Shown here: piece after piece, positions 38,760-52,004 of the stretch | How positions within the stretch are numbered: position 1 is the first letter of the stretch | Layout of the letters: each line of letters opens with the position of its first letter | From: Octopus bimaculoides | Lineage: Eukaryota | Reading direction: 5' to 3' | DNA length: 64,000 nucleotides | NCBI RefSeq assembly: GCF_001194135.2 | Contig: NC_068985.1 | Span: forward strand, 26,020,919-26,084,918 | The notes under the pieces: model-generated | Seen by the model: only the letters and a program-made list of their open reading frames with translations | Databases searched by the model: none | Told to the model about the DNA's origin: nothing | Made by a program: the position numbers and the translations under genes

Positions 38760-41260
38760 AGGAGAGAGGATTTATACCTTTGGTGGTCAGGATGATATCC
38801 TGCATTTGTGGGGTCTCTATCTTCAGGTCACTCCTCCTCATCCATAACCACCAGTCCTCTGTATCTGTCTTTGCGTTCACGCTGACCACACTGACCATAC
38901 ATTTTGCAAACTGACCATACATTTTTTCCTTCCATGCTTTTTTTTTTGTATTCATTTTTTGTTTAAAGTTTTCTTTCATTACACAATTTTCAGTTTTGAC
39001 GGTGTTGGCCTTCTTCATGTTTCAACAATGGCTCCATGGCATTCTTTATATACCACCCTAAGCTGTTTTCTTCTGCTTTGATACAACCCTGACAACTGAT
39101 CAAACCTCTCCCACCCACTCTTCTGGACAAGTACAGCCTATCGGTGTCACTCTTAGGGTGGAAGGCTCTGTGTACTGTCAACATTCTGGTCTTGGTATTC
39201 ATTTTCATCACTTCTCCTTTTGCCATTTTATAATTCCCACTCCATACCAAAGTGATGCTGTGGCTCACATATCAACTGCTTTCTTTTTATTCCATCCAGT
39301 CAATTTTGAGTGCAACACCAACCTTAGTCTTTGGAAATACTCTATCCTCAGCTGCTCTTTTATTTCCTTCTCCATTATCTCATTGGACTCTGGTACACCA
39401 AAGTATTTGTAGCCTTCCATTTCAATTTATTTAATCAAGTCTGTTTGGTAATTCTATTTTTGCTAGGGACTGTACCTTGCCTCTTTTTAAGATTATTCTA
39501 CACTTCTTGAGTCCAAATTCCCTTCTAATATCATTACTAAAACAATGAACGGTGTTCACCAAGGAACTCACTTGTGTTTCATCCTTGTCATACAGTTTCA
39601 AATCATCCATGAAGAGGAGGTGGTTGATTGTTTGGGATTTTCCCTCCAGTTGGTACCCCAGGTTCATTTTCCTAAGTACCAAGGTCAGGGGTATCATGCA
39701 GAGAACAAAAAGCAACAGAGATGGTTATCACTCTGGAAAATCCTTCTTTTGATACTCAAGGTGCCCAAGCTTTTTCTGTAAGATGTGGTTTTATGGTAAG
39801 AAACTTGCTTCCCAACCACATGGTTTTGGGTTCAGTCCCTTGTATTGTACCTTAGGCAAGTGTCTTCTTCTGTAGCCTCAGGCCAACCAAACAAAGCCTT
39901 GTGAGTGGATTTGGTAGACGGAGACCAAAGTTACCAAAACTGTAAGTTCAGTTTTCCACTCAATCATACTTCTCTTCAGGAAACAAGTTGCATTCCTCAC
40001 AATTCCAAACAGATCTAGGCACCCGATGATTCACAAATGTGGAACCATATCATAAGCTTTACAGTAGTCAATCCAAGCCATTCCCAAATGTGTTCTCCTT
40101 CATTTACAATCTTGCATTGCAATTTTGTCTATCAATAATTGATCTTTGGTACCTCTGCATCTCCTTCTACAGCCTTTTTGTCCTGTCAGTAATATATCGT
40201 TCTCATCAAGAAATTTGTACAGTTCTTCTGCAATTCCTCCTGATAGTAACTTCCACATTAATGAGAGGCAAGAAATTGGTCTGTAATTGTCAGAAACATT
40301 TTCCTTTGATGCATCCTTCAGACACAGCACCATTCGCCCTTTTGTAACCAGCCCAGGATTGCCCTGGGATCAACTTATGGCAACTACTGAACTTTTTTAT
40401 CCAAAATCCCTGTACACCATCAGGTCCTGCTGCTTTTCAATTGCTTATCTTTTTTCTCATATCTCTGATACTGTCTTCTGTGAAGTGGATAGCTTCTTTC
40501 TGGGGACAAGAATCGGTTTGCTTCAGGCTGCAGAGCCATTCAGCTGTAGTATTTATTATGTTGTTCTTGCTTACTCCATATCTTACCCCTTCATCAGCAT
40601 CATAGACTAATCTTTCACGTTTTTTATCACCAATAATCTCTTCAAAAACATTTTTTGGGTCGGTTCTAAACAATATGTTTTGCTGGCATTACTTAATCCG
40701 TTGATCAAACCTAGTTAGCTTTGCTTGTTTTTACAAGTATGCACTGCTTCAGTTCTTCAGTTACAACATTCAGGCCTTTTGTAACTACACCATACTTCTT
40801 CCTAACTTTTTCAAATTTACACTCATTCTTAAGTTCTCCATTTCTTTTCCTGACAAGCATTGGACACTACACTGTTCGAGGAGTTTATATCTTTTGAAAT
40901 TCTCCATTTCCACCAAGGTTGCTTATTTCCTCTTCTATCCATTACTGTTTTGTTCTCAGTAGTTTTTTTTTTCAATAGTAGTTTTCAATCTCATCCTTTC
41001 TACCACAATTCTTCTAGCAGCCTTGAGAAGATGATTTGTTTGTGTGATGTTCTTTGTTTCAATGTGTCTCTATGCATTATTGACTTTACTCATCTCTTGA
41101 TTTAGTCTCCATTGGTTAGCCTTCTTAAAGTCACACATAAATTCTGTACCTTCAGTATTTAATAGATCCAAAATCCTATCTATTATTAATCGGTCTTCAT
41201 TGTTTGAGTAGTTATCATTATCATTATTATTACTAAGTTGGCCAACTGACAAAACTATTG
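38760..41260 (-). mobile_element. R4/Dong-clade LINE, RT region, degenerate, antisense in intron 1 of the giant gene
   Basis: [15 protein letters not shown]...[52 protein letters not shown]; interrupted by a SINE at about 39785-39927. Confidence 0.85.
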
Positions 41261-42299
41261 TTGTTGTTGCTTACTATTATATCTATTGTGGTAAAATCTA
41301 ATAATTTAGCCAGTGGGGCTTAAATGCTACAGGCACAAATAATTAAAATGTTCTAAGACACATGCCTCTTTTTCACAATCCCAACATGTATATAACATAC
41401 AATTCCATTGTTTCTTATTTTTGAAGTAGGCTTCCTATTTTTGGAGCAATGAAGCATTGTAGGAAACTATGAGTTGATAATCCACCTCAATGGCTCTTTT
41501 TTCCCTGTTTTCAACTCACACAGTAGTATGACCTTCCTCAATAGAACTTCACTGACAACACTGTAGATAACAGTCATCATCAATTAACATTTGTGAATGG
41601 AAGTCACAGGAGTAATGTTTGCTGCAACATACATGCAACACAAAGCAAAGTTGCATTCATCTGCTTCTTCACCAAATCATAAACACTAACAGTATATGTA
41701 CTGTTTGGAATGGGACGTTCAGCAGAGACAACTTTGTCAGTTTCTTGTAATGTGTTGTAGCTCTTTGTTGTTATAAAAAGAAAATGACAATTCTGAAATT
41801 TAATTATGTTCACATAGACTACTAATTGTCCTAAAACACCAGATTTGCAATCTTGTAGAATTTGCTGCTACTTCAGTTTGAAAACTTCCCTCTAAATTTA
41901 TTTATCATCCCTCAAGATTTGTTCACCTTTCATTATGTTCAAACACACACACACATACACACACACCTTATCTATCCCCTACCTCTAATCCATCTCTCAC
42001 CCTCCCCATACACTCATGCAACGTCTACCCACCAACACTCCATGTTCTTCTATCCCCACTGATTTCTGCCTGAAACTTTAAAGGCACACCTTGACTTCTC
42101 ATCACCGCTATTTTTATCTCACTCTAGCTACAAATGGTCAGTCTCACTTTCTCTTCTATAATGCAAGTTCCCATGTAGCTAACTCCTCTAAACTAAGAAA
42201 CCTGTTCTGTTCTGGCCCCTTCTCTCATAAAGCTGCTTCCTTCTCTACTGTAGTCCCACTCAGCTGAAGGGCATCTTAGTTTTACAAGCTGCATAACAA

Positions 42300-42490
42300 T
42301 CTCACTAATACTGAGGTCACAAAAAAAGTACACTCTGTAAAGTGGTTGGCATGCATAGGCACATCCAGCTGTAGAAACCATGCCAAAGGAGACACTGAAG
42401 CATGATGCAGTCTTCAAATCTGTTGGATCCTGTCAAACCATTCAGCCTATGCCAGCATGGAATATGGACTTTAAAAGATGATGATGATAT
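42300..42490 (+). mobile_element. RTE 3' tail remnant with (GAT)n
   Basis: catccagctgtagaaaccatgccaaa...gcctatgccagcatggaa...gatgatgatgat. Minus copies also lie at about 13670, 19195 and 25860. Confidence 0.6.
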
Positions 42491-42616
42491 ATGAGTGAGT
42501 GTGTATGTGTGTGTGTGTGTGAGTGTATAAATGTTTGCTTGTGTATACACACAAATGAACACACTCAAAAATGTTTTCTTTTTCATATTACTGATTAACA
42601 TACATTTACTTTCCAG

Positions 42617-45600
42617 ATAAGTGGCCATCACACATTTCCGCAAATAAGCCACTTCTTTTGCCAAATACTGTTCAAGAGACAAACAAATACCCAAACCAGG
42701 TTTCTGGGAAATTAGTAACTAAATTAGTACCAACAACACAAATTCAACAACCAGAAAATATACAGCAATCTTCACTGTCACAAATGAGATCCATTAATCC
42801 TTTTAAACAAGCAAAACCTATAAATCCTCTGATGGCAAAATTCTTGGGAACAAGTGATGTATATGCACCAGAAAGGCAATACAGAGAGGTGAAGAGACTT
42901 GAAGTGATTCCAGAAGCTGAAAATAAAGTAATTTTACCAATATCACCAGTGTCAATGAAGAATAACATAGAAAGAATATTTCCAAGTTTAAAAACAAAAA
43001 ATTGGATAAAAACAAATAGAAAAATTGGACAAACTGAAAAAAAGATATTGAAAGAACTTTACAGAACATTGCGGAAGAAGCAAATTCCACTTAATAGAAT
43101 GCCTGTGACAACGAAGAGTATCAAACCCAATAGTGAGAAACTATTGGCTCTAGCAATGAAAGAAGTAGTACAAAGAATGTTGAAGAAAAATGTTATGCAA
43201 GAAAAAATGTTAGGATTGGAACCAAGACTAACAAAGGAAATGATAGAAAATTATTCACAAGAAAAAGAGCCAAGAAATTCAAACAGGGAAATATTTGTGA
43301 AAGACACAATGCTAAGACTATTATCAAGTCTAATAAAGAATGTATCTTACAAAAGAATGCAAGAAATTGAAAGAAAACATAGACATGAAGGAAGGCAGAG
43401 AAGGGATACAAGAATATTGTTAACAAGGACAAAACAAGGGGTATTACAAGAGGCAGATCCTAGAAGGTTATCAAGAATAGTACTAGAGATGTCACCTAAA
43501 CCAGTGGTAGGAGTTTTGCCAGGAATTGCAAAAGTTATAACACCTGGCCAAGAACAAAATGTCTTAACAAGAACAAACCATAGAAACTCACCTGTAATAG
43601 TGTATCCTGCAAATGTACAAAGGATCTTGCCAAGAATGAATTACCAAAAGTTACCAGGATTATTACAAATATACCAGCCAAATATATTAGAAAGAAACGA
43701 GGGGAATGTAGTATCCAGACCATTCCATGCAATGTTCCCAGTAATGGCTCCAAATGTATTGGCTGCATCAATACCAGCTGTTATTCAAAGAACACCAGAC
43801 AACACAGGAACTCATGGACTTTTACAAGATGTAAGGCAAGATATGTATAACAAAAACATTAATAGAATGCCAAAAATGTTACAAAATGGTGTAACAGGAA
43901 TGATACAAAATGAGGCACCAGTAATGGTGCAAAGCTTGGTACCAGAGAAGGTTCATGGTGTGATGCCAGGAATGCTGCAAAATAGTATGCCAGCAATGCT
44001 TCAAGATGGCATGCCAGGAATGCTGCAAAATGGTATGCCAGTAATGGCACAAAATGGTATGCCAGGAATGCTGCAAAATGGTATGCCAGGAATGGCACAA
44101 AATGGTATGCCAGGAATGCTGCAAAATGGTATGCCAGGAATGCTACAAAATGGTATGCCAAGAACGGCACAGAATGGGAGGCCAGTAATTGTACAACGTG
44201 TAATGCCACAATTTCAAGAAATCATATCACCAGGAATGTTGCAAAATGGTATGCCAGTAATGGCACAAAATAGTATGCCAGGAATGCTGCAAAATGGTAT
44301 GCCAGGAACAGCACAAAATAGTATGCCAGGAATGCTGCAAAATGGTATGCCAGGAACAGCACAAAATAGTATGCCAGGAACAGCACAAAATGGAATGCCA
44401 GGAACAGCACAAAATAGTATGCCAGGAATGCTGCAAAATAGTATGCCAGGAGTGCTGCAAAATGGTATGCCAAGAACGGCACAAAATGGAAGGCCAGTAA
44501 TTGTACAAGGTGTAACGCCACAATTTCAAGAAATCATATCACCAGGAATGTCTCAAAATATAATACCAGGAATGGTACAAGTTATGATACCTGGAATTAT
44601 GCAAAATGTGATACCAGAAATAGAAGCAGGAAAAATGCAGCATGTAATAATTGGAAGAGATAAAAAAATGATATTAAAACCTGTTCAAGATACAGCAAAT
44701 ACATATGCCAATTCAAGGCAACAAAATGATGAGAAAATGTTAAAAAATGACAACAAACAAGAAATAGTTAAAAAGAATTCTATAAATAATTTGATGAATG
44801 AGGGGGGAAAACAGTCAATAGAAAATTGGCAAATATCAAGAACATCAAATGCACCATCTCTAGAATTGAATAAAAATCCACATAAAATGTATGAGAATAT
44901 ATTTGAAGCAAAGGAATTTAAGATTCAAGGAATCCCAGATAGGTCATCATCAGGAAGCTTGCAACAAATGTTACCACAAATTTCCCATAGAATGCAAATG
45001 CTATCTGGATCTATGCAGCAACCACCATTAACTATTCAAAAGATGAAAGTTCAATTACAACCATATAAATCTGAAAGGAGTCAATACATGTTACCTGGAA
45101 CTGTAGAAAGAATGGTTGAAGGAACAGTGCAAGAAATGTTACCTAGGGTTGTTGAAGAAATGTTAATAGGAAATGCACAAAGGATATTACCAGAGAAAGA
45201 GCAATTGATGTTACATGGAACAGGACAAGAGATACTCACAGCAAAAGGACAAAGGATACAACATGGAACTGGACAGGGCTTGTTACTTGGAACTGGACAA
45301 AGGATACTACCTGGATTTAGACAAGGAATGATACCTGGAACTTGGCAACAGATGTTACCTGGAACTAACCAACTGATGTTACCTGGAACTAACCAACTGA
45401 TGTTACCTGGAATTGGACAACATAGGTTAACTTTAACATTGCAAAGAATATTGCCTGGAACTGGGCAAAGGATGTTGCCTGGAACTGGACAAGGAGTGAT
45501 ACTTGGAACTGAGCAAGGAGTGTTACCTGGCACTGGACAAAGAGTGGTACTTGGAACTGGACAAGGGGTGTTACCTGGAACTGGACAAGGAGTGGTACTT

Positions 45601-48600
45601 GGAACTGGACAAGGGGTGTTACCTGGAACTGGACAAAGAGTGGTACTTGGAACTGGACAAGGGGTGTTACCTGGCACTGGACAAAGAGTGGTACTTGGAA
45701 CTGGACAAGTGGTGTTACCTGGAACTGGACAAGGAGTGGTACTTGGAACTAGACAAGGGGTGTTACCTGGAACTGGACAAAGGGTGGTACTTAGAACTGG
45801 ACAAGGGGTGTTACCTGGAACTGGACAAGGAGTGATACTTGGAACTGAGCAAGGAGTGTTACCTGGCACTGGACAAAGAGTGGTACTTGGAACTGGACAA
45901 GGGGTGTTACCTGGAACTGGACAAAGAGTGATACTTAGAACTGGACAAGGGGTGTTACCTGGAACTGGACAAGGAGTGATACATGGAACTGGACAAGGGG
46001 TGTTACCTGGAACTGGACAAGGAGTGATACTTGGAACTGGACAAGGGGTGTTACCGAGAACTAGACAAGGAGTGATACTTAGAACTGGACAAGGGGTGTT
46101 ACCTGGAACTTTACAAAGAGTGATACTTGGAACTGGACAAGAAACGATACTTGGAACTGGACAAGGGATGTTACCAGGAACTGGACGAAAAGTGATACTT
46201 GGAACTGAGCAAAGGATGATACCTGAAACTGGACAAAATACATTACAAGGTATGTTACTTGGAACTGGACAACAGATGTTACCTGGAACTGTACAAATGA
46301 TGTTGCCAACAACTAAGCAAGTTTTGTTACCTGCATTTCGACAAAGGATGTTACTAGGAACTAGGCAAGTAATATCACCTGGAATTTCACAAAGGGTGTT
46401 ACCTGGAACTTTAAAAATAATATTACCAAGAACTGGGCAAGGAATATTAGCTGTAAGTGAGCAAGGGATGTCACATGGAACAGAAAAAGGTGTGTTACTA
46501 GGAATTGAACAGAGGATGTTACCAGCTACTATGCAAGGCATGTTACCTGGAACTGCAAAACGTATTTTATCAAGAACTGGGCAAGGGATGTTACCTGGAA
46601 TTAAGCATGGACTATTACTCAAAACTGGGCAGGTGATGTTACCAACTTCTAAGCCAGGGATACTTTTCAGAACTGGGCAAGTGATGTTACCAGGAAGTGA
46701 GCAAGTGATGTTACCATCTACTGAGCAAGAATTGTTACTTGGAACTGGGCAAGAGATGATGCCTGGAATTAAGCAAGAGATATTACCTGGAACTGTAGAA
46801 AGAATATTATCAGAAACTCAACAAGAGATGTTACCTAGAACTCACCAATGGATATCACCAGCAAATGAACAAGGAATGTTACTTGGAATTGGTCAAGGAA
46901 TGTTACCTGGAAATGAACAAGTGATTTTACCTAGAACTATAGAAGGAATATTATCAGACACTGAGCAAAGAATAGTAACTAACACTGGGCAAGGGATATT
47001 ACCTGCAACTGAGAAAGTGAAGTTACTTGCAATGAGGCAAGGCATGTTACCTGCAACTGGGCAAGAGATGTTACCTGGAATCAAGCAATGGATGTTGCCG
47101 GGAACTCAGCAAGGGATGATGCATGCAGTTCCACAAAAGACATTACCTGTTATTGTGCAAGTAATATTACCTGGAACTGGACAACAGATGTTACAAGGAA
47201 CTCAGCAAAAGATATTACCTGCAACTGAGCAATGGATGTTACCTGTATTTAAGCAAGGGGTATTACCTGGAATGGGTCAAGGTATGTTACTTGGAACTGG
47301 GCAAGGGATACTACCTGGAACTGAACAGGTAATGCTACCAGGAAGACAAGGTATCTTTGTACAGGGGAACTTACCAGAAAATGTGCAAAGGATGTTACCT
47401 AAAAATGAGAAAGGTGTGTTACCTGTAAAAATGCAAGTAATTTTACCTGCAACTGAACAAGGATCACTACCTGGAACTGTAACATGGATTTTACCTAGGA
47501 ATGAGAAAAGGATGTTAAATGCAACTGGGAAAGGAACATTATCTAGAATTGTGCAAGAAACATTACCAGGAATGAAACAAAAATTCCTTCTTGGAAATAG
47601 GCAAGGTATGTTACCTGGAACTGGACCAGAGACATTTGCAGGACATTTTCAAAAGGCCTTAGTTAAAAATGAACAAAATGTGTCACCTGTAACTGGACAA
47701 CAGATATTACCAGAAAATGTACAAGAAATGTTAAATGGTACCAGTCAAGGAATTTTACCAGTAGAGCAAAGCATTTTGCCTGGAGTTATACCAGAAATAT
47801 TACCTGAAACAAGGCAAGTGTATTTTCCTGAAACTGTGCCCAATCTGTTATCTGGAGCTGGGCAAGGAGTAGTAGACGGAAATGTGCAAACAATATTAAC
47901 TGGAAATAGTCAGAGCTGGTTCCCAAATAATTTGCAAGGAACCATACCTAAAAATGTGCAAGCTGTGGTACCTGGAAATGTACAAGGGACATTATTAGGA
48001 ACAGTGAAAGAAATACCGCCTCCAGCTAAGCCAGTGATGATACCAGGAACTCTTAAAGAGATCTACCCTGGTAATTGCCATTGGACTGTACCTAAAATTG
48101 GGCAAGGGGTGTTACCAGAAAATGGTCAATGGATCTTTCCTGGAAATAGACAAGAGATGGTACCTGGAACTGGACAAGGGATGTTACCTAAAACTGGACA
48201 AGGGGTCTTACCACTAACTGAGCATAGAATCTTAAATGAAAATATGCAGAGGGATTTAACTGAAAATATTAATAACATCTTACTTAGAAATAGGCAAAAT
48301 GTGTTACTTATACCTGTGCAAGGAATTTTACCAAGAAATCATCAAGGGATTTCACCTGAAACTGGATATAGGGTTTCATCAGACAATGTTCAAGGGAACT
48401 TCATTGGAACTAAGCAGGAGATGTATCCTGAATTTGTTCAAAGCTTAGGTAACAATCAGCAAGGGAGTTTAGCTGTAACTGAGCATGGAAATTGGCAAGG
48501 GATGTTACCTGGAGCTGTTAGAGGGGCCTTTCCAGAAACTTTGCAACTGACCTTACCACAAAACAGACAGGGGATTTTACCTGGAACTGGGAAAGAGTTG

Positions 48601-49531
48601 TTAGCTGTGCCTGGACAGAGGATGTTACCAGACACAAAGCAAAGGATCTTAGTTGGAATTAGAAAAGATATATCACTTGGAAGTGGGCAAAGTATGTTGC
48701 CAGCAAATAAGCAAAGTATCTTACTCCCAAATGTTCAAGGAGTGTCACCTGGAAACTGGTATGTGATTTTACCTGGGACTGGACAATCAATGGTATCAGG
48801 GACTAGGGAAAGGATATCACCAGGAACTGGATATGGAATTTTACCAAAAAATGTGCAAAGGATCTCACTTAGTCCTGGGAAGATGATCTTTACAGGAGGT
48901 AGGCAAAGTGTGTCACCAGAAGCAATTCAAGGAACTTTACTAGGAAACAGACAAATGATATTACCAAAAAATGGTCAAAGGGTGTTATCTGGAATTGATC
49001 AAGGGATATTACTTGCAAATGGACAACAGAAGTTTGGTGGACATGGGCAACAAATTTCCTCAGGAAATATGCAAGGGAATTTGCTGAGAACTGTACCAGT
49101 GATGTTACCTGGAACTGTTCAAAATGCAGAACAATATACATCAAGAATGATGCCAGATATGAGAGGATTAGCAATAATTCCAACGTTATCACAAGGAATA
49201 AATCCTAAAATGTGGCAAAGAACAGTGCCAAACAGGCTAAATTTGGGAATAGTACAAAACTCACTAAGTACCACACAAACACGTTTACCTGAAATATCAG
49301 TAGGAAAAATGTATGGAACATTTACCCAAGCTAAAAATGGAATACCACAAAGAGCAAAACACACAAAATTACAAAACAAATTTAAATCAATACCAGTTAA
49401 CCCCCAGATGGGTTTAATGACTTTTCTGGAAAGTGGAAATAATAGACAGATTTGGAAACCATCTTCAAACCAACATCATGTGGCGGAGTTTGAATTAAAT
49501 CAGGAAGCAGCTGGCTCTAAACTACAAAAAG
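42617..49531 (+). CDS. exon 2 (6915 nt) of giant secreted Gly/Gln/Pro/Met/Leu-rich octapeptide-repeat protein
   Basis: catttactttccag acceptor; stop-free for over 2300 codons in an AT-rich genome; aaag|gtaagt donor; phase 1 to 1. The ORF-track extension past 49531 is intronic (CA)n. Confidence 0.93.
43966..44590 (+). repeat. coding tandem repeat block 1: 24-bp unit ccaggaatgctgcaaaatggtatg (PGMLQNGM)
   Basis: Direct reading; includes a 312-bp internal duplication (44161 versus 44473). Confidence 0.95.
45094..49130 (+). repeat. coding tandem repeat block 2: 24-bp unit (PGTGQGVL-like), near-perfect 48-bp dimer core at about 45478-46150
   Basis: Direct reading; the 8-aa register persists with few slips for roughly 165-170 units. 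Confidence 0.92.
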
Positions 49532-49549
49532 GTAAGTCGGGTTTTTATA

Positions 49550-49858
49550 CATATGTACATATACATACATACATACACAAGCACACATGCATGCATGCAT
49601 GCACACACACACACACACATACATATGCACACACACACACATACATATGCATGCACACACACACATCTGGTGTATGCAGTTGATGTATCATACCTCAAGT
49701 ATTATACCCAGCACTGCTGCATGGATGAATTTTCACACACCCAGTCTGATGTTTATTGTATTTTTAACACAGTATTTCCTGATGAGATGTTATCTTGGAA
49801 CAAATACTGCAGTAACTGGCCTATCAAGTGTACATACTTTAAGTATGATACATAGCTG

Positions 49859-49914
<56 letters not shown>
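49550..49914. repeat. (CA)/(TACA) and (TC)n microsatellites in intron 2, running into a gap; (AGG)n follows the gap at 50893-51017
   Basis: Direct reading. Confidence 0.85.
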
Positions 49915-51506
49915 NNNNNNNNNNNNNNNNNNNNNNNNNNNNNNNNNNNNNNNNNNNNNNNNNNNNNNNNNNNNNNNNNNNNNNNNNNNNNNNNNNNNNN
50001 NNNNNNNNNNNNNNNNNNNNNNNNNNNNNNNNNNNNNNNNNNNNNNNNNNNNNNNNNNNNNNNNNNNNNNNNNNNNNNNNNNNNNNNNNNNNNNNNNNNN
50101 NNNNNNNNNNNNNNNNNNNNNNNNNNNNNNNNNNNNNNNNNNNNNNNNNNNNNNNNNNNNNNNNNNNNNNNNNNNNNNNNNNNNNNNNNNNNNNNNNNNN
50201 NNNNNNNNNNNNNNNNNNNNNNNNNNNNNNNNNNNNNNNNNNNNNNNNNNNNNNNNNNNNNNNNNNNNNNNNNNNNNNNNNNNNNNNNNNNNNNNNNNNN
50301 NNNNNNNNNNNNNNNNNNNNNNNNNNNNNNNNNNNNNNNNNNNNNNNNNNNNNNNNNNNNNNNNNNNNNNNNNNNNNNNNNNNNNNNNNNNNNNNNNNNN
50401 NNNNNNNNNNNNNNNNNNNNNNNNNNNNNNNNNNNNNNNNNNNNNNNNNNNNNNNNNNNNNNNNNNNNNNNNNNNNNNNNNNNNNNNNNNNNNNNNNNNN
50501 NNNNNNNNNNNNNNNNNNNNNNNNNNNNNNNNNNNNNNNNNNNNNNNNNNNNNNNNNNNNNNNNNNNNNNNNNNNNNNNNNNNNNNNNNNNNNNNNNNNN
50601 NNNNNNNNNNNNNNNNNNNNNNNNNNNNNNNNNNNNNNNNNNNNNNNNNNNNNNNNNNNNNNNNNNNNNNNNNNNNNNNNNNNNNNNNNNNNNNNNNNNN
50701 NNNNNNNNNNNNNNNNNNNNNNNNNNNNNNNNNNNNNNNNNNNNNNNNNNNNNNNNNNNNNNNNNNNNNNNNNNNNNNNNNNNNNNNNNNNNNNNNNNNN
50801 NNNNNNNNNNNNNNNNNNNNNNNNNNNNNNNNNNNNNNNNNNNNNNNNNNNNNNNNNNNNNNNNNNNNNNNNNNNNNNNNNNNNNNNNNNNNAGGAGGAG
50901 GAGGAGGAGGAGGAGGAGGAGGAGGAAGAACAAGAGAGGGGGATTAGAGGAGGAGGAGGAGGAGGAGGAGGAGGAGGAGGAAGAACAAGAGAGGTGGATT
51001 AGAGGAGGAGGAGGAGGATATGCATTAGTATGCAAAGAACAAAAATTTACTGATCATATGAGACAGGTACGAAATAGGCATCAGATACAAAAACCATGGA
51101 TATGAGGTAAAAACATGCAAACTACAGAGTAAAGTTGAATTTTGTATCATGAAGTATAAAAACTGGTAATTTACAACAAACTAAATGAATACTGCTTTAT
51201 TTATCTTAATAAATGAAACAAAGTTTATGTGTGTGTATACTTCTTATGGATTCAAAAACTGGGTTACCAATTTGGAGGGCTTTAGCTAAGGCAGGCAACT
51301 CTATATCTTAGATAAAGCATAATGAGAAAATGTTTAAAATACATAGAGTTTTACCTGGGAATGAAACTCCAAAGATATACTGTCAACTTTATTAGTATTT
51401 TTTAGTAGACTGTCTTTTAATGTGAAATATGTTTGTCTATGTTTTGTTTAGCCCAGAGTTGTGGCTGATGTAGTAGACATATCGCATTGATTACCACAGA
51501 CACACT

Positions 51507-51552
<46 letters not shown>

Positions 51553-52004
51553 GTTGTGGTGAAAAAAGAAAACGTTTTCTCAGAATATTTTGCACAATAA
51601 CTTTTGAGAAATCTGGACAGCTTTCTTACTGCAAACTATTCAACTTCAAATTAGAATTGTTCATTCTTGGAAGTTAAGTAGACTGAGATGTACATATATT
51701 GTTATCATATAGAGTGGAAGTTCAATACAAAGTTTTGAACTCATTATCTTGTGGTTAGTAATCCATTACCTTAAATTTGAAGCCATTAAGTCTTTAAACA
51801 TTATTTTACTGGGTTTAGTCTTTCCACTGTCGCCATGATGGGGTATCATCTTCAAAACTTTAATTGGTCATACTCACCTCAGTACATATTTCAAGTGGGA
51901 ATCTATTTTATAGATCTCTGCTTGATGAACTACTAACTTTGAGGCATAATGGGACACAATATGCGATTTACCAACAAATGTAAACACACACACACATATT
52001 AGGT

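Noticed and set aside
43859-44529. Minus-strand and alternate-frame repeat ORFs (FLAYHFAA, HSWHTILQ, CQEQHKIV)
   Set aside because: Shadows of repeat block 1.
45478-46150. Regular short repeats resembling a CRISPR array
   Set aside because: Units are contiguous with no unique spacers, lie in frame within a coding exon, and the DNA is eukaryotic.
45081-46622. 513-aa minus-strand Cys/Pro/Val-rich ORF (PCPVPGNT repeats) and +frame LELDKGCY ORF 45503..45835
   Set aside because: Shadow frames of the 24-bp coding repeat: a stop-free unit propagates openness. Neither has independent splice or start context.
49532-49683. His/Thr/Cys tail of the 2341-aa ORF and the TTG start at 42658
   Set aside because: The tail is translated (CA)n intron after a perfect gtaagt donor; the start is an ORF-finder artefact downstream of the real acceptor at 42616.
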